Shown here piece after piece: positions 1 to 16,378 of a stretch of DNA of 64,000 bases. The stretch is taken from assembly GCA_030770535.1 (NCBI GenBank), contig JASVEC010000028.1:186001-250000 (forward strand), in the 5' to 3' direction. The notes below the pieces were generated by a model, which was given only the letters and a program-made list of their open reading frames with translations, made no database searches and was not told the DNA's origin. Source of the stretch: Batkoa obscura (lineage: Eukaryota). Positions within the stretch are counted from its first letter, which is position 1, and every line of letters begins with the position of its first letter. Position numbers and translations under genes: made by a program.

Positions 1-427
1 CTTTAATTAAGGCTGGATCAATGGAATTGACACTTTAATAAACAATAAGTATTAAAGATTATTATTTTTTTATAATTTGATGAGATTTAAAAAACTTACA
101 TAATCATCCCAAACGTTGAAATAGCCCCAACGATATAATCTTCAACACCAGGAGGAGTTGGGTTATCTTTAGTTAAATGACTGGATATTATACCATCAAC
201 AAAAACCCACCAGGAAAGAGCAAACTTTTTATTTAATGTGGTTAGTTAATCAATCAAATTTTCAACTTTTGTCAAAAAGTAATGAAATTGAAATAAAATT
301 GAAATTCACTTACAATAAAACCAGAAGAATAAATTAAAAAACTTCGTTGATTGGTACCGAATAAATTCCAATTGATAGAAGGGAATATACATTTAAAGGG
401 ACTCCGAGATGATTCAACGTAATCCAT
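1..427 (-). CDS. VPS68: Vps68/TMEM50 (UPF0220) vacuolar sorting membrane protein; 5' part, runs off the window start
   Basis: Spliced translation MDYVESSRSPFKCIFPSINWNLFGTNQRSFLIYSSGFI|FALSWWVFVDGIIY...VEDYIVGAISTFGMI|VNSIDPALIK matches the Vps68 pattern FALGWW.F.D...EDW.PGI.STLGM.IINSI; GT-AG introns. Confidence 0.8.
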
Positions 428-743
428 ATTGTTTATTGTTTTGTTATTTAATAGAGATTAAAAAATACTTTTTTTTAAGGTGCAATATTTAGAATAAAAC
501 TAAGCCACTTCTATAGTTTTGTCATGACTATGTTGACTGCAATAATTGCAGTTTTTTTTGCAAATAAGTAGGATTAGGGATAAAGTTTTATTTTTAAAAA
601 AATAATGGTCTTATTAAAATAATGACGTTGAATTATTATTTGCATTCCAAGAATCAAGTAAATATATTATAATAATTCAATCAACAACATGTTAATTAGA
701 TCTTAGTTAATTATCTATTGCTCATCAATTTATAAAGAGGTCA

Positions 744-3207
744 ATGAGGTTTATAAAGAAGAAATTGAGTTTGAGTAAGTAGTTGAGTTTTTAATTTTGA
801 AATATAGAATTTTAATGATTATTAAGTTTTAATAAAAAAGAAGATGAAGTCTATTTAACAAGAGCACAATTAAATCTACTTAATAAAAAATATATGCAAC
901 AAATTGATGCTTATTTGGAGGTTATTAAGGTAATTTAGGATATTAATAATAATAATAAATATTTTATGTACTAAATAAATTAGAATATAGAAATGGAAGA
1001 AGTTCAATTTGAATACAATAGGTTTCTATGGATAAGGAAGATATGGAGTTTAGTTACTTTAATACTTGGACATAATGGAAAAAAAGAGTTATTTTCTGAA
1101 AAATATATTAATTGGTTTAACGATAATTTTATATGTAAAATGAATAAGATTTATAATGGATAATAATTCAAAAAAATTGATGTTTTTTATTGTATTAGTA
1201 ACTACTCCAACACAGATCAATTTTGTTATGAACCAAAGAGTACCACATGAACATGAGTTGTTTTTACCTATGGTCATGAAGTAAATTTTTGGGATGAAAC
1301 TTAAAACTAAATTGTAATTAACATATTAATAAACAATTTTAGATGTGTATTGAGAGGACAGAAAAAAACAGCGTTAAAATTGATTGATTATTTACCACAA
1401 ACACCAATAGTAAAATTAATTAAAGTAAGGAAAATTCTATAATTATTAAATAAGAAATAATATATATTTTTTAAACTTAGTTAATTTATCAAAGTGAGCC
1501 GATTTTTAATTCACAACATGAAACAATAGAAGAATATGAACTTAAACTAACTGAATGGAAAAAACAAAAGGAAGTATTAGCAAGAAATAGTATTATTAAA
1601 GAAGAAGCTGATATTATTAAAGAAAAAAAAGAAAGTATCAATTTATATGAAGAACGTATAGTAATATTAGATTTATTAAAGATAGTAACAGGATATAGTT
1701 ATAATATGGAGGATTTAATTAATATTATTATTAAATATACTGAAAGTTGGATGGAGTTATTTGTTAGTTTATTAAATCTTGCGTTTCCAATAGTTATGTT
1801 TGAACAGGTTGAGTAAGTTTTTTTGGGTTATTGAGTTAAAACGGAGTAATTAAAATTTTTATTTTATAGTGAAATAATTGCTATATGTAAAAAATATTAT
1901 ATTATTGGTAAACAAGATATTGAATTAAGTTTTTATTTTTTATTTTGTAAAGAATGGAAAAATGTAAGGATTTGTATTCAGATGATTTGATGTTTAAGTT
2001 GTAATTCATATTTTAGTTTATATTATATTGTCGAAAAATTGATCCGTGGATGGAAGTTCACTTAAGTGATTTAATATTAAAAAGTGAAAAGATTTATCAA
2101 TCGAAAGAAGTTGTGAGTGAAAAGTAAATTTTTATCGAAATTTTAAAGGAATTAATATGTTTATTAGTATTTTAAATAGATCTTTTTTGATGCAGCAAAA
2201 GAAAGAAGGAATAATTAATTTTATGAATTGTTTAAATATTACAACGGAATCTTATTTGGTAGATACAAATTTATTTTATTTAGCCCAAATTCAACCAATA
2301 GAGTTTGAAGTATCGCTAAAGGTAAGTTTGATTTCATAGTAATAATATATTAATATATTTTAAATTTTAGATAATTGAAAAAATCTCAATAAAAACTAAA
2401 AAATTTATTGATAGATTATTACATCTATGTAATGAATTAAAATTAGTTAAAGAATTTAATTTTATTTGTAAGGTAATTAAAAAAATAATAAGTAAAAATT
2501 GAAATTAGGATTAATTAATTTTAAAATTAGAAATTTATTGAACTATTGTTACAACAAAAACAAATTATGTTAAGTTTTAAATATTTGATTCAATCAAAAG
2601 AAAAAGAGTGTTATTTAAAAGAGAATATTTATTGTTTTATATTGATGAAATATTTTAAGGATGGTAAGTTAATATATATTTCCTTTTGGTATTATATATT
2701 AATTTATTTATTATAGATCACTTTTATTATAACGAATATATCAATAATTTAATTCAATATTTAACCGAATTTAAAGATTATTGGGGGTTGTTAAAGGATT
2801 TTGATCAATTGTTGGAAGTAAGTAACATTGAAGTTTATTTTAAATTAATAATAATGATTAATTATCTAGGACAAAAACTATGAGCAAAGTTCAAATATAT
2901 TACTACAATTAATAAATTTCAAAACAATATCCATCCCTTGGTTTATTAAATTTATTATACTATTTAAAGCAATTGAAGTGGTTAATAGTAAGTTTTTGTT
3001 AAGTGATTTTATAACAGTAAATAACCAATTTTAGATTATAATTCTAATTTTACAATAGAACAAGTTAATCAAATTTACAAGTTACAAACACAATTAAAAT
3101 CGAAATTAAAGAATGAAGATAACAATTTATTATCAGTGGATTTAAATCCTGTTTTAAATGCTTACAAATTGATTCAAATTGCCTGCTTTAGGTTGTTGGT
3201 TAAGTAA
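744..3207 (+). CDS. NUP85: Nucleoporin Nup85-like, multi-exon
   Basis: Joined exons give IWSLVTLIL...YINWFNDNF, PHEHELFLPMVMKCVLRGQKKTALKLI, ESWMELFVSLL, DPWMEVHLSDLIL and LCNELKLVKEFNFICK, which follow the Nup85 motif order (W.L..l, P..H..F...LvLRG, W.E, W..aHL.DL); more than 10 short introns; stop TAA at 3205-3207. Confidence 0.7.
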
Positions 3208-3486
3208 ACTTGAATTTTTTAATATCTTTTTATTTTTATTAACAAATGCTGTTTGAGAAAATTAATCCATTTAAGCTTATGCTAAAACTAATAAAAATGT
3301 ATTAAAAAGTTAATGTTTTATTTTTATTTTTTTATATTGCAATTTTTAGGTCTTTATTATTACCAAAACCTAAATTTTAATAGTAACGTTAATAAATATT
3401 TTACAAAATTACTTATAAATCTAGGTGATATTTGTAAAAATTCCAATTGACCTAAAAAGTAATTTTAAAAAAAATTATAATTATAT

Positions 3487-3585
3487 AGGGATGTTTTTTT
3501 TGGTTTCATTATTTTTTCCATTTATTAAGCGCTATTTGAGCGAAAAGATTGTTAGTAAAATTCTTAAACAAAAAAACACATCCCC
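3487..3585 (-). mobile_element. ~98 bp Sola2-type MITE copy 1 (strand given relative to the autonomous element at 18275)
   Basis: aGGGATGT(T)n...ACACATCCCC termini, ATAT on both flanks. Confidence 0.9.
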
Positions 3586-3589
3586 ATAT

Positions 3590-4310
3590 AATTAGTTAAA
3601 TTTAAAAAAGCTTAAAGTTAAATTTTTTTATTTAACTTAAGATTTATTTTAATTGTTTTATTTTTTTTAAATAATTGATTATTTTAATTATATGCTTTAT
3701 ATTGTTTTTATTAAATGTTTAATGAATATAATATATATATAGGGGTGTCCGAATTAGTTTCATTTTTTCATCCAATTTTTAAATATCTATTATTGACTGT
3801 TATAGCTGATATTGCAGATTTGCTATCAAATAAGTAAACTATCTTAATGTTATAATTACATTATTAATATATTAATAAGTTAATAAATAGCTGCATGGGA
3901 AGGAGTGATTAGTATTAAAACTATGATTAACCATCCCTATATGGGGGTGTTTTTTTGGCTTCATTATTTTTTCCATTTTTTAAGCGCTATTTGAGTGGAA
4001 AGATTATTGGTAAAATTCTTAAATAGAAAAATACATCCCCATATAACCATTTTTCTTGCTGGATTTTTAAAATTATTTGGTATATATTTAAAAAATGTTG
4101 ACCTAACTACTGCTTTATCTTTTAAATCATTAAAATACTTACTATATATCATTCTTCTACTTTTATTTAATATATATATATTATCTGATAAATACTTATT
4201 ATTATTATTATTATTATTAAATCTTGACGAAATAGTTGAATTATTAAGTAAACATTGTATAATAATTTTAGTTTGCTCATCTTTAATTTTTTTTGTATTT
4301 TTAATAAATT
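3590..4310. mobile_element. Rearranged remnants of the Sola2-like transposon: left subterminal piece, inverted internally deleted right end with TIR at 3741, inverted transposase fragment ~4047-4310
   Basis: 3590-3740 resembles 18357-18460 plus 18826-18870; 3741-3938 is the reverse complement of 21148-21100 plus ~20840-20701; minus-strand translation MIYSKYFNDLKDKAVVRSTFFKYIPNNFKNPARK is almost identical to the intact transposase. Confidence 0.88.
3943..4040 (-). mobile_element. MITE copy 2, nested in the transposon remnant
   Basis: GGGGGTGT...ACATCCCC, ATAT flanks. Confidence 0.92.
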
Positions 4311-4382
4311 TTATAGATGATCATTGTAGAATTAGTAAAGGATTTGGACTTCTTTTTATGTGATTGAAATAATATGATACTG

Positions 4383-4847
4383 TGTGAAAGTTGGTACTCA
4401 GTGGTAGGAGTTAAAAACAGTTCTTGCTTGATTAACTTGCCTTGAGTCGAACGGTCTTAGTTTATGTAACTAAGATAGACTTAAATGAATAGGAATAATA
4501 CGTAATAAGTTACGAACTATGTAAAACAAATAGAATAGACAATACTACTGTAAAATCTACGTAAGATGTTGTCAGAAAGACTTAGTGGCTTTATTAATAG
4601 TACGATATCAGGGAGTAATTCAGTTAAAAAGCATCGAGTTATCATATTGAAGAATCTCTTTTATACTCCAATAAATATGGATATTAATACGAGAGGATGT
4701 TATTCCTTGCAATATGAAGTTATAAATTCTCGCAGCAAATCAAAATAAGGGACTCTGACTTGATTGTATTTGAACTTGAGAACACAGCAACTTAAGTGAT
4801 TGTTGCGTTATAATCAATCCGAGAGCTAAATAAAGCAATATTTCACA
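4383..4847. mobile_element. Solo-LTR-like element (465 bp)
   Basis: TGTGAAA...TTTCACA termini, ACTG directly repeated on both flanks, homologous to 18461-18820. Confidence 0.75.
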
Positions 4848-4955
4848 ACTGTTTACTATTCTAAAGCCTTTTTAGCATTTTGATGCCAATATAGATATTT
4901 ACTTTGTTTCTGTATATTCTTTCATTGCTTCTTTCATCGCTTCTTTTCATCATAT

Positions 4956-5055
4956 GGGGATGTTTTTTTTTTGGGTTCACCACTTTCTCTATTTTTTAAG
5001 CGCTATTGAGCGGAAAATGTGTTAGTAAATCTCTTAAAGAAAAAGAGACATCCCC
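4956..5055 (-). mobile_element. MITE copy 3
   Basis: GGGGATGT...ACATCCCC, flanks ATAT/ATAC. Confidence 0.88.
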
Positions 5056-5858
5056 ATACCTTTACCACTTTTTTAATAAGTTAATCAGATTAATTTACTA
5101 ATTTCAATATTGTTTATACTCCCAATATAATAAAAAAGTAAATCTACTTTCAACATTCTAGGTTATAGTATATTCTATTCAATAAATCAAGAGAAATCTA
5201 ATATATCTCTTATCTACATTACAATGTCAACAACTCATAAATCACACCATCAATTAAATTGTTTTCATCCAATACATTATTTCCTCATACTAATCTGTAC
5301 GATCTTTCTCAGTTGCCTTATACATGTATTAATCATCATTCTATTCATTTGTTATGCCTTATGGCTCTTAGTAGTAGGGATTAGCCCTGGAGCAGCTCAG
5401 TTTAAAGTGTATTTACATTCTATAGATACATTAACCCTATCTATTTCTCAATGTTTTATAAATTTATTTTGTTATGAAACTAAATAAATTGAATAAATTA
5501 TAAGGTCAAATAAGCTTTATTTCAGTTAATTATTTCAATTAAAATACTCTCCTTATTGAAGTTTACTTTTAATAATCAACCTTACTAAAGTAAAAACCTT
5601 TGCTCTACTCTATTTTCTTTTAACAGCGTAATGTCATTATCCTTGTCTCTCCTCACTTCACTTTAATTCCATCTCATTGTTATTCTACCACCTAAAAATT
5701 TCAATTTTTTACTCTCATAGATAAAACATTTGTTTATAACTCTTTCAATTTTTTTCAAAAAAACCAATCATTTTCTTAATTCTCTCCCTTTTGAGCAATA
5801 TTAATTTTTACATAAAATACTTTCATTTTTAGTCTTAACCTACCAACTATAAAAAACA

Positions 5859-7965
<2,107 letters not shown>

Positions 7966-7988
7966 ATCATTCATTATCAATATTAATA

Positions 7989-10575
7989 TCAATCACCTTT
8001 TATTAAATGTGGATTTTTAACTTGTCCTTTATAGAGTATATAATAAACTTCGTTTTCTTCTTTTTTAAAATATACAATTACTTTCTATAATTGATTTAAT
8101 ATTAGTATTTATTCTTTATTTATTTATATGAATATTATTAAACTTACTTTACAAATATAATCATGTAAATAAATTAACTTGTATTTTAAAGATAATAAAA
8201 GTAATTCATTTATAAATACTATTAAATTAGAATTATTAATTAATTCAATTTTATCCGTTATCTAAAATAAGATATTAATATATTAATATATTAATACACT
8301 ATATTAAAATATGAAATATTCTACTATTTTCTTACCATAAATAAATTACTTAGTAATGTACAATCCAAATTTGAAATATAAAAGAACATTATATTTAAAT
8401 ATTCATTATAATTGATTTCTTTTGTTTTTTCAATATCATTAGTTAATATTAAATTCAATTCAATATATTTTCGAATATTTAATTCTCTCTTTTCAATTAT
8501 GGATTTTCTATATTAAAATAAAATTAAAATTAAAATTAAAGAAATACATTCTACTTACTTATTTAACATTTCGGATAAATTATTTTCCTTGTCAATAATC
8601 ATTTTCTTTTCCATTAAATCGATAAAATGTAATTGAAACCAAATAGGATATTCATCCATATTTTTAATAAACTATCATTATTATTATTAATGCTATATTA
8701 TTATGTTGTTATATTATTACTATTTACCTTTTCACTCTCATTACATAATAATTGTTGAATACAATTATTAAATAATTCGTTTTCTTTATTATTACTATTG
8801 TTCTCTTTTGCGATGACAAATTGATTTTTTTTAATAAATTTATTAATGAATTGAATTAATGTACTAAATAAAAATTAAATATAAATATAAATAATTACAA
8901 AATAACAATACTAATATCTTAACTTACCCAAGTCCCTTTTTATTAATTTTATCAACATAAAATCTTAAAAAATAACTCATTGAACCCATAAGTGATATTT
9001 CATAATCTATCAATATGTAAAATAAATTCTTTGGATTTCTTATTTCAATTATTAATAATTCAATAATATCAATTATTCCTTTTTTATAATTAAACATATC
9101 ATTAATATTTAATACATTTAATTCTTTCTTTTGTTTCCATTCTTTAATTCTTTTTTCTTTGATTTCTTTATTTTTACTTTTATCTAAAGTTACAGTGTTT
9201 AACTCTTTAATTAATTCCTTAAATAAATAATGTTAGTATTATTGCTAGTACTATTACTATTCTATAATTTAATAAATACCTACAATTAAATAATCTACTA
9301 TATTATCATTTTTAATTTTAGATAATAATTTAATAGCTGTTTCATTATTTTCATAAATTAAGCATCTAATTTAAATTGAATTGTTATTATTATCACTATA
9401 TATTAATAATAATTTTACTTACTTAAGTACTGTTCCAATAAATTTCAAATCATTCTCTGGTTTGTCTAATTTCAATAAATTATTACTATCTACTATAAAA
9501 GAATCTATAATAAATTAAAATTAATTAATACGCCATACTACAAATAATAGAGCAATAGATATTTTACTTTCAAAATTTTGTTTTAACCAAGTTAATACTA
9601 ACACTTTTAATTCTTTATCATTATTTTCTTTTATATATAACATATCAATTAATTGCCATAAGCATGATATTTGTTGATATAATTTTGTTTCTAAAATATT
9701 TTCAAAATACGTTTTTTCCTATTTAAATTTAAATTCATTAGCTATTAATTATTAGTTATTTATATAAATTACTTTAATATTATCTACGTATTCTTTTATA
9801 ACTTTCGTATATTTGTCAGTATAGGTTGATAATTTATTGAAATCAATATTTTTATTTTGTTGACTAAATAAATAAATAAATTTTGATTCTCCTTAGAATA
9901 AAAAAATACTATTATTATTATTAACTTACTTTAAAGTTTTGATATGAGTTTCAAATTGAATATTTAACTCTTGAAATATTTTACCACTATTAATTAAAAA
10001 CTAAATAAAATAATGAATAATTATTATATGAATCTATTTCATATTATATTACTTGTGTTTTCTTATTATTTTGAATTATCGATTTATTTTTATTTTCTTT
10101 TAGTTGTTCCTTATCAACAATCTCTTTCGTAACATTAAATCCAATTCCCTCTATATTTAATGTAATATCTTTTTTATCGGGTTGAATTGTAACATTTTCT
10201 TTTATTACTTTTGGTTTCAATTTTTCATTGTCAATAATTTGGTTAATATTTTGAACAAACTAAACGTTAATTAAATCCCATTAACTCCCATAATATCAAA
10301 TAATAGTAATAAATAAAATAGTTACCAATTTTAATTCTTCTTTTTCCTCATTTTCAATAGAATCCAAACTTTCTTCTCTTTCGATTTTTTTCTCATTATT
10401 GCCAATTAATTCCAACTTATCTATTTTATATCTTTTGACACTGGATTCATTTGAAGTAATGGGACTGTCGGAAGGTATTAAAAACTAAAATCAGATATTT
10501 TTTTATTAAGATTCTGATTGCTATTATTATATATTATATTATATTTACTGGATTAATTTGTTTTTTATGAATCAT
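7989..10575 (-). CDS. Diverged second Nup85-like protein, multi-exon, with N-terminal extension and shortened C-terminus
   Basis: Joined exons: ISCLWQLIDMLY...VLTWLKQNFE, KPENDLKFIGTVLKCLIYENNETAIKLL, IKEWKQKK, YPIWFQLHFIDLMEK, LSLKYKLIYLHDYICK; collinear with the 744-3207 gene and sharing intron positions. Confidence 0.6.
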
Positions 10576-10759
10576 AATTTGTAATTCAGAAATAAGAAAA
10601 AATAACTAAAGTAGCTTGAAACTGGAGTTTTTTTGCTCTCTAATTCATTTAGATAATTTTTATTGGTTGAGATAGATAATTTGAAAAGAGTAGCTTAGAA
10701 AACTCAGTTTTGTTTATTTAATTATTTTTTTGATAAGTGGAATACTTACTCTATCAAGT

Positions 10760-11639
10760 ATGCGCTCAGAAAGAAAAGAACTGGAACGTTTTATAAGATT
10801 AGTAAGTTATCAATAACGTTTTACCAATTATAAGCCTTAACTTGATTCTAATTTAGTTACCTGAAATCAATAATAATCTTAAACGTAAAAATAATGAAGA
10901 GAATTCAACTGAGGTAAATAAGGATATAGCGTTAAATTAACATATAAATTAATTAATATTAACAAAAAGGATTCAAGTATAAATAATGATATCGATAATT
11001 TAGCTATGGAATTGATGGAGGAGGATAGTTTGTCTAGCACATTCGAAACAGAGAATAATAGTAAGTGAATAGTAATAAGTGCAGTAAATAGAATAACAAA
11101 TGATAATTAAATAATAGAAAAACTAAGAATTCCAGGCTTAACATTTAATTTTTCCAAAGAAAAAATTGAAGAATTAATAAAAATATTCAATTTTGGTGAG
11201 GAAACTCTGGTGGATAAAAAAAGTAAATAAGATTATAAAATTATAATATATGAAAGTTATTTGACATTAATAATAATTTTATTAGATATAGATAGATTAA
11301 TTAAAGAACCCAATTATCTACCAGATAGGCCATTTGAAAATGAAGAAATTCAAAAGATTTTGGTGAGTTTACTTATTTTATTATAATATCATAATGAAAT
11401 AAATATACTAATCTTATATTTAAAAATAGAAATTATATCAAAGTAACTTGTCGAATGAAGGAATCAAATATTTAAAATCAATGTCTGAAAGATCAATGAA
11501 AGAAATTAATCCTGAGTTATATAAAAAGATAAATAGGATAGAAAATAATAAGGAAAAGAAGTTACCAATTGAATATAATAAATTTGTTGATTTAGAAGCT
11601 GAAAAATTGATTGAATTATTTAATAGTATTAAAAATTGA
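10760..11639 (+). CDS. Hypothetical protein, about 6 exons
   Basis: ATG at 10760, in-frame joins across GT-AG introns (MRSERKELERFIRL|LPEINNNLKRK...|KLYQSNLSNEGIKYL...FNSIKN*); no recognised domain. Confidence 0.6.
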
Positions 11640-12014
11640 TAAAAGACTCGGAGTGTTATTCAGTTGTTTATAATAAAAGGTTTAGCTAACTAGTATGATC
11701 CTATTTTTTTTAAAATTTCAAAGCTGGTTAACATTGGATAGGAAATAAAATAAACTTTCAACTATTTTTTATATTTTATTACCATATCATATGAAATAAC
11801 ATATCTTTACTACAATAAAGTATTAACTCTTACTTATTTAATATACTTTATGTTTTAAGTTTTAAATACTTATTTTATACTTTCAAATAGACTTAAAACC
11901 TACTGATTTGAGTTCTTTTTTTAATAAGCAGTAATCATTCATCTCAATTATTATAAAAATAACAAAAAATTCAATGATTACTACTTTTTTAGTATTTTTA
12001 TTTTTTTCCCTTTA

Positions 12015-13488
<1,474 letters not shown>

Positions 13489-14032
13489 TCTTTATCTCTT
13501 TTTTATTATTTTGTATATATAAATTTTGCAAAAATATTATAATATTGATAAAAGATAAAATTGAAGTTTATAATTCCAAAACTGAATGAATTTTAGTCAA
13601 TGACTCCTTTTTTAATCTCCTTAAATATATATTTATTTTTTTCAATTGAGATGGGATGACTAGGTTTGACTATAAAATAAGTTAGCATCATCTTTTCTAT
13701 ATTTGGGAAATTGCATTGACTTTTTTTGGAAGTGGAAGCTTTATGCTACTAAATTGATATATTACTTGTTTAGTACCCTCTATTTTAATGTGTTGTGTAT
13801 AGTCTTATATAATAATGTTGATTGCTATATTGTCTATGTTCTATTCTATTTCATTGCTTATAACTGTAGTTTTAATGATATTATATCTAGATTTATAAAA
13901 TGTAGCCTTGAGCTTAACTAAAAATCTCTAAAGTTTTGATCAAAACCAATAAATTTAACTGATGATTTTGCAAAAAATTTAAAAAATTCAACTTTTTTAT
14001 TTTGATAACCTTTACAATTAATTTCAACTACA

Positions 14033-15625
14033 ATGAGAACACAACTGAGTTCCAAAAGTATTAATATAATAGAGGAAAAATTAAAAGACAAATTAAAGTT
14101 AAAGTATGATAATATCAAGGGCTACAGTTTATACTCTGCCCAATTAATAAAACAAGGTAAGAACTAGTTCAACCATCCATTCCACTCTCATCATTAACAT
14201 ACCTTATTAAAGGCAGTCTATTATTTGAAGAAGAAGCTTTAGTGAATGTGTTATTTGTCGAAAACATAACTCAAAGATGCATGAATTGTTTTAAATTGAA
14301 CTCAGATCCATATAATTTAAAAGGTTTATTTTCACCCGAAAATGCCAACTCAATACAACTAAAGCAATGCTCTAATTGTAAAAAAATGAAATATTGTAGT
14401 AAAGAATGTCAATTAAAAGATTGGAAGAAAGCCCATAATAAGGAATGCAAAAAAATTAAAGGAAAGGATAAATTATCAGAAGCTTCAATACTACTTTTGA
14501 ATCGGTTGTTGCAACTTGATGAAGATAAGAAAGGACAATTTTATGAGCTAATTTATCATGATTTGAATATAAAAGATAAACAAGAATATGGAAAATTAAG
14601 TTTAATGAGTTCATCTTTGATTGATATCAAAAAAGAGTTCTCAAGTCCAATAGAGATATTAGATGCTTGGTCAAGAATTAAATTTAATTGTTTAACTATC
14701 AATGATGAAGAACAAGTCAATTTAGGTCTTGGTTGTTATTTTATTGCTTCTTTAATTAATCATAGTTGTACAAATAATACTACAGTGGGTTTTATGGGTA
14801 CAAAATTGGCCTTGAAAGCTTTAAAGGATATTCAACCTGAAGAAGAAATCACAATTTCTTATTTGGAACCTGGATTGCCATATTCAATTAGAAAAAGTAG
14901 GCTATTAGATGGTTTTTATTTTGAATGTAAATGTAATATATGCTTGGAAGATCAAAAAAGGAAGGTAGTCATTATTGTTTTTATTTTATTAAAATAATGA
15001 TATTAAATTCTATTTTTAGGATATCGATCCTTTAGAATTGGCTTATTGTTCAAATTGTAATAAAGAAAATGTATTAAATGAGAAATGTAGCAAAGGATCC
15101 GATATGTGTTGTAAAAGTTGTGGGATGGAATTAAAGCCTAATTTAGACAAGTTAATTGAGTTTAAAGAGATGTTAAATAACGTAAAGAGATTGATTACAA
15201 AAGAACAAAAAAAGCAAATTGAAAAGGAAATTATTTATTTGGGAGAGGAACATTATTTAAAGCAAATGCTCTCTCAACATTTAATTTTTTATTATCTTGA
15301 ACAGTTAACATCATCAATGAAAAAAGAAGGTAGCAGTGGGAAAACTGAATATATAGAAATTGAGAAACAATTTATGGAAAATTTGAAAAAATATTTAAAA
15401 TCATTTAATAATAAATATCATTCGGTAAAAAGTTCATTACTTGCTATACTAGCTAAATATCAAGCATATCAATGTTTAGATACAAGTTTGAAGCCAAAAG
15501 AAATAGAAATTACAGAAGCATTGGAGAGTTGTAATTTAGCATTGAATAATCTAAAGGTTACTCATTACTCTGATTCCGATATTATTAAACTTTTGAATAT
15601 CTATCAGTCTCAGTTAAGACATTAA
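14033..15625 (+). CDS. SET and MYND domain lysine methyltransferase (SMYD family)
   Basis: MYND finger (CMNC...CSNCKKMKYCSKECQLKDWKKAHNKEC), SET motifs SLINHSC and EEITISYL, post-SET FECKCNIC; 2 introns. Confidence 0.9.
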
Positions 15626-16378
15626 TTTAAAGTTTTAAGGCTTGGTGTTATACAAAGTCAGAAGGAGATTAAAACATCTTCTTAAGATGTATAATTGAAA
15701 TATAGACGATAATATATTAATATATTTTAAAAAAGTTTATTAATCTAATTAAAATAAAAGTAAAGTAAAATAATAGTAATGTTAGTTTATAGTTAATATT
15801 TTGAAATAAAATTTGATTTTTAATTGATATTGTTTGTTCAAATATTGAATCATGTTCAAATATATTTTATTAATGTTATATCTTTAAATCCTAACCTTGG
15901 TATTAATCCTAATATAGTCCAATTCAATTATGAGGACTGGTATTTTTAATATCGATAGCATCTTTACTAAACTTAATACAGTTTTTGTATTGCAATACAA
16001 ATTAAAATTATGGAACCTAAATAGAAGACTGGATTTGTGCTAGTAAAGTATTGACACCATCAAGTGTAAATTTGGAATAAACTCACTTTTATTGGAATGG
16101 GTAAGAGTTTATAAAACTAAGATCAATAACTATTTGTTTAATACTTATGCTATGTAAAGTTCTATTTTACAGGGCTCTTTGAAGTGATTTTTCATATTTG
16201 TTGACTTTTACTTTATTGTTTCAACTGTGGTTGTTACTGCTATTGTGCTTAAATTGGAAGCTGACGTAAATTAAAATTAAAGTTAAAATTCAAGTTAACA
16301 AGTTTATATCTTTTTTATAAAAAAATAACGAAAATCAGCTATATCTTTTTATTCTTTTTATTATCAATATTCAATCCA

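Noticed and set aside
3995..4363. ORFs 3995-4363, 19259-19522, 28824-29048, 36210-36395 and 60830-61063
   Set aside because: Antisense shadows of the transposase or read-through of MITE sequence
5224..5487. 87-aa hydrophobic ORF or possible H/ACA snoRNA
   Set aside because: No recognisable domain or convincing box structure; hydrophobic ORFs arise easily in T-rich DNA
15900..16275. Possible gene fragment between the SMYD gene and its pseudogene
   Set aside because: Stops in all frames tried and no identifiable homology
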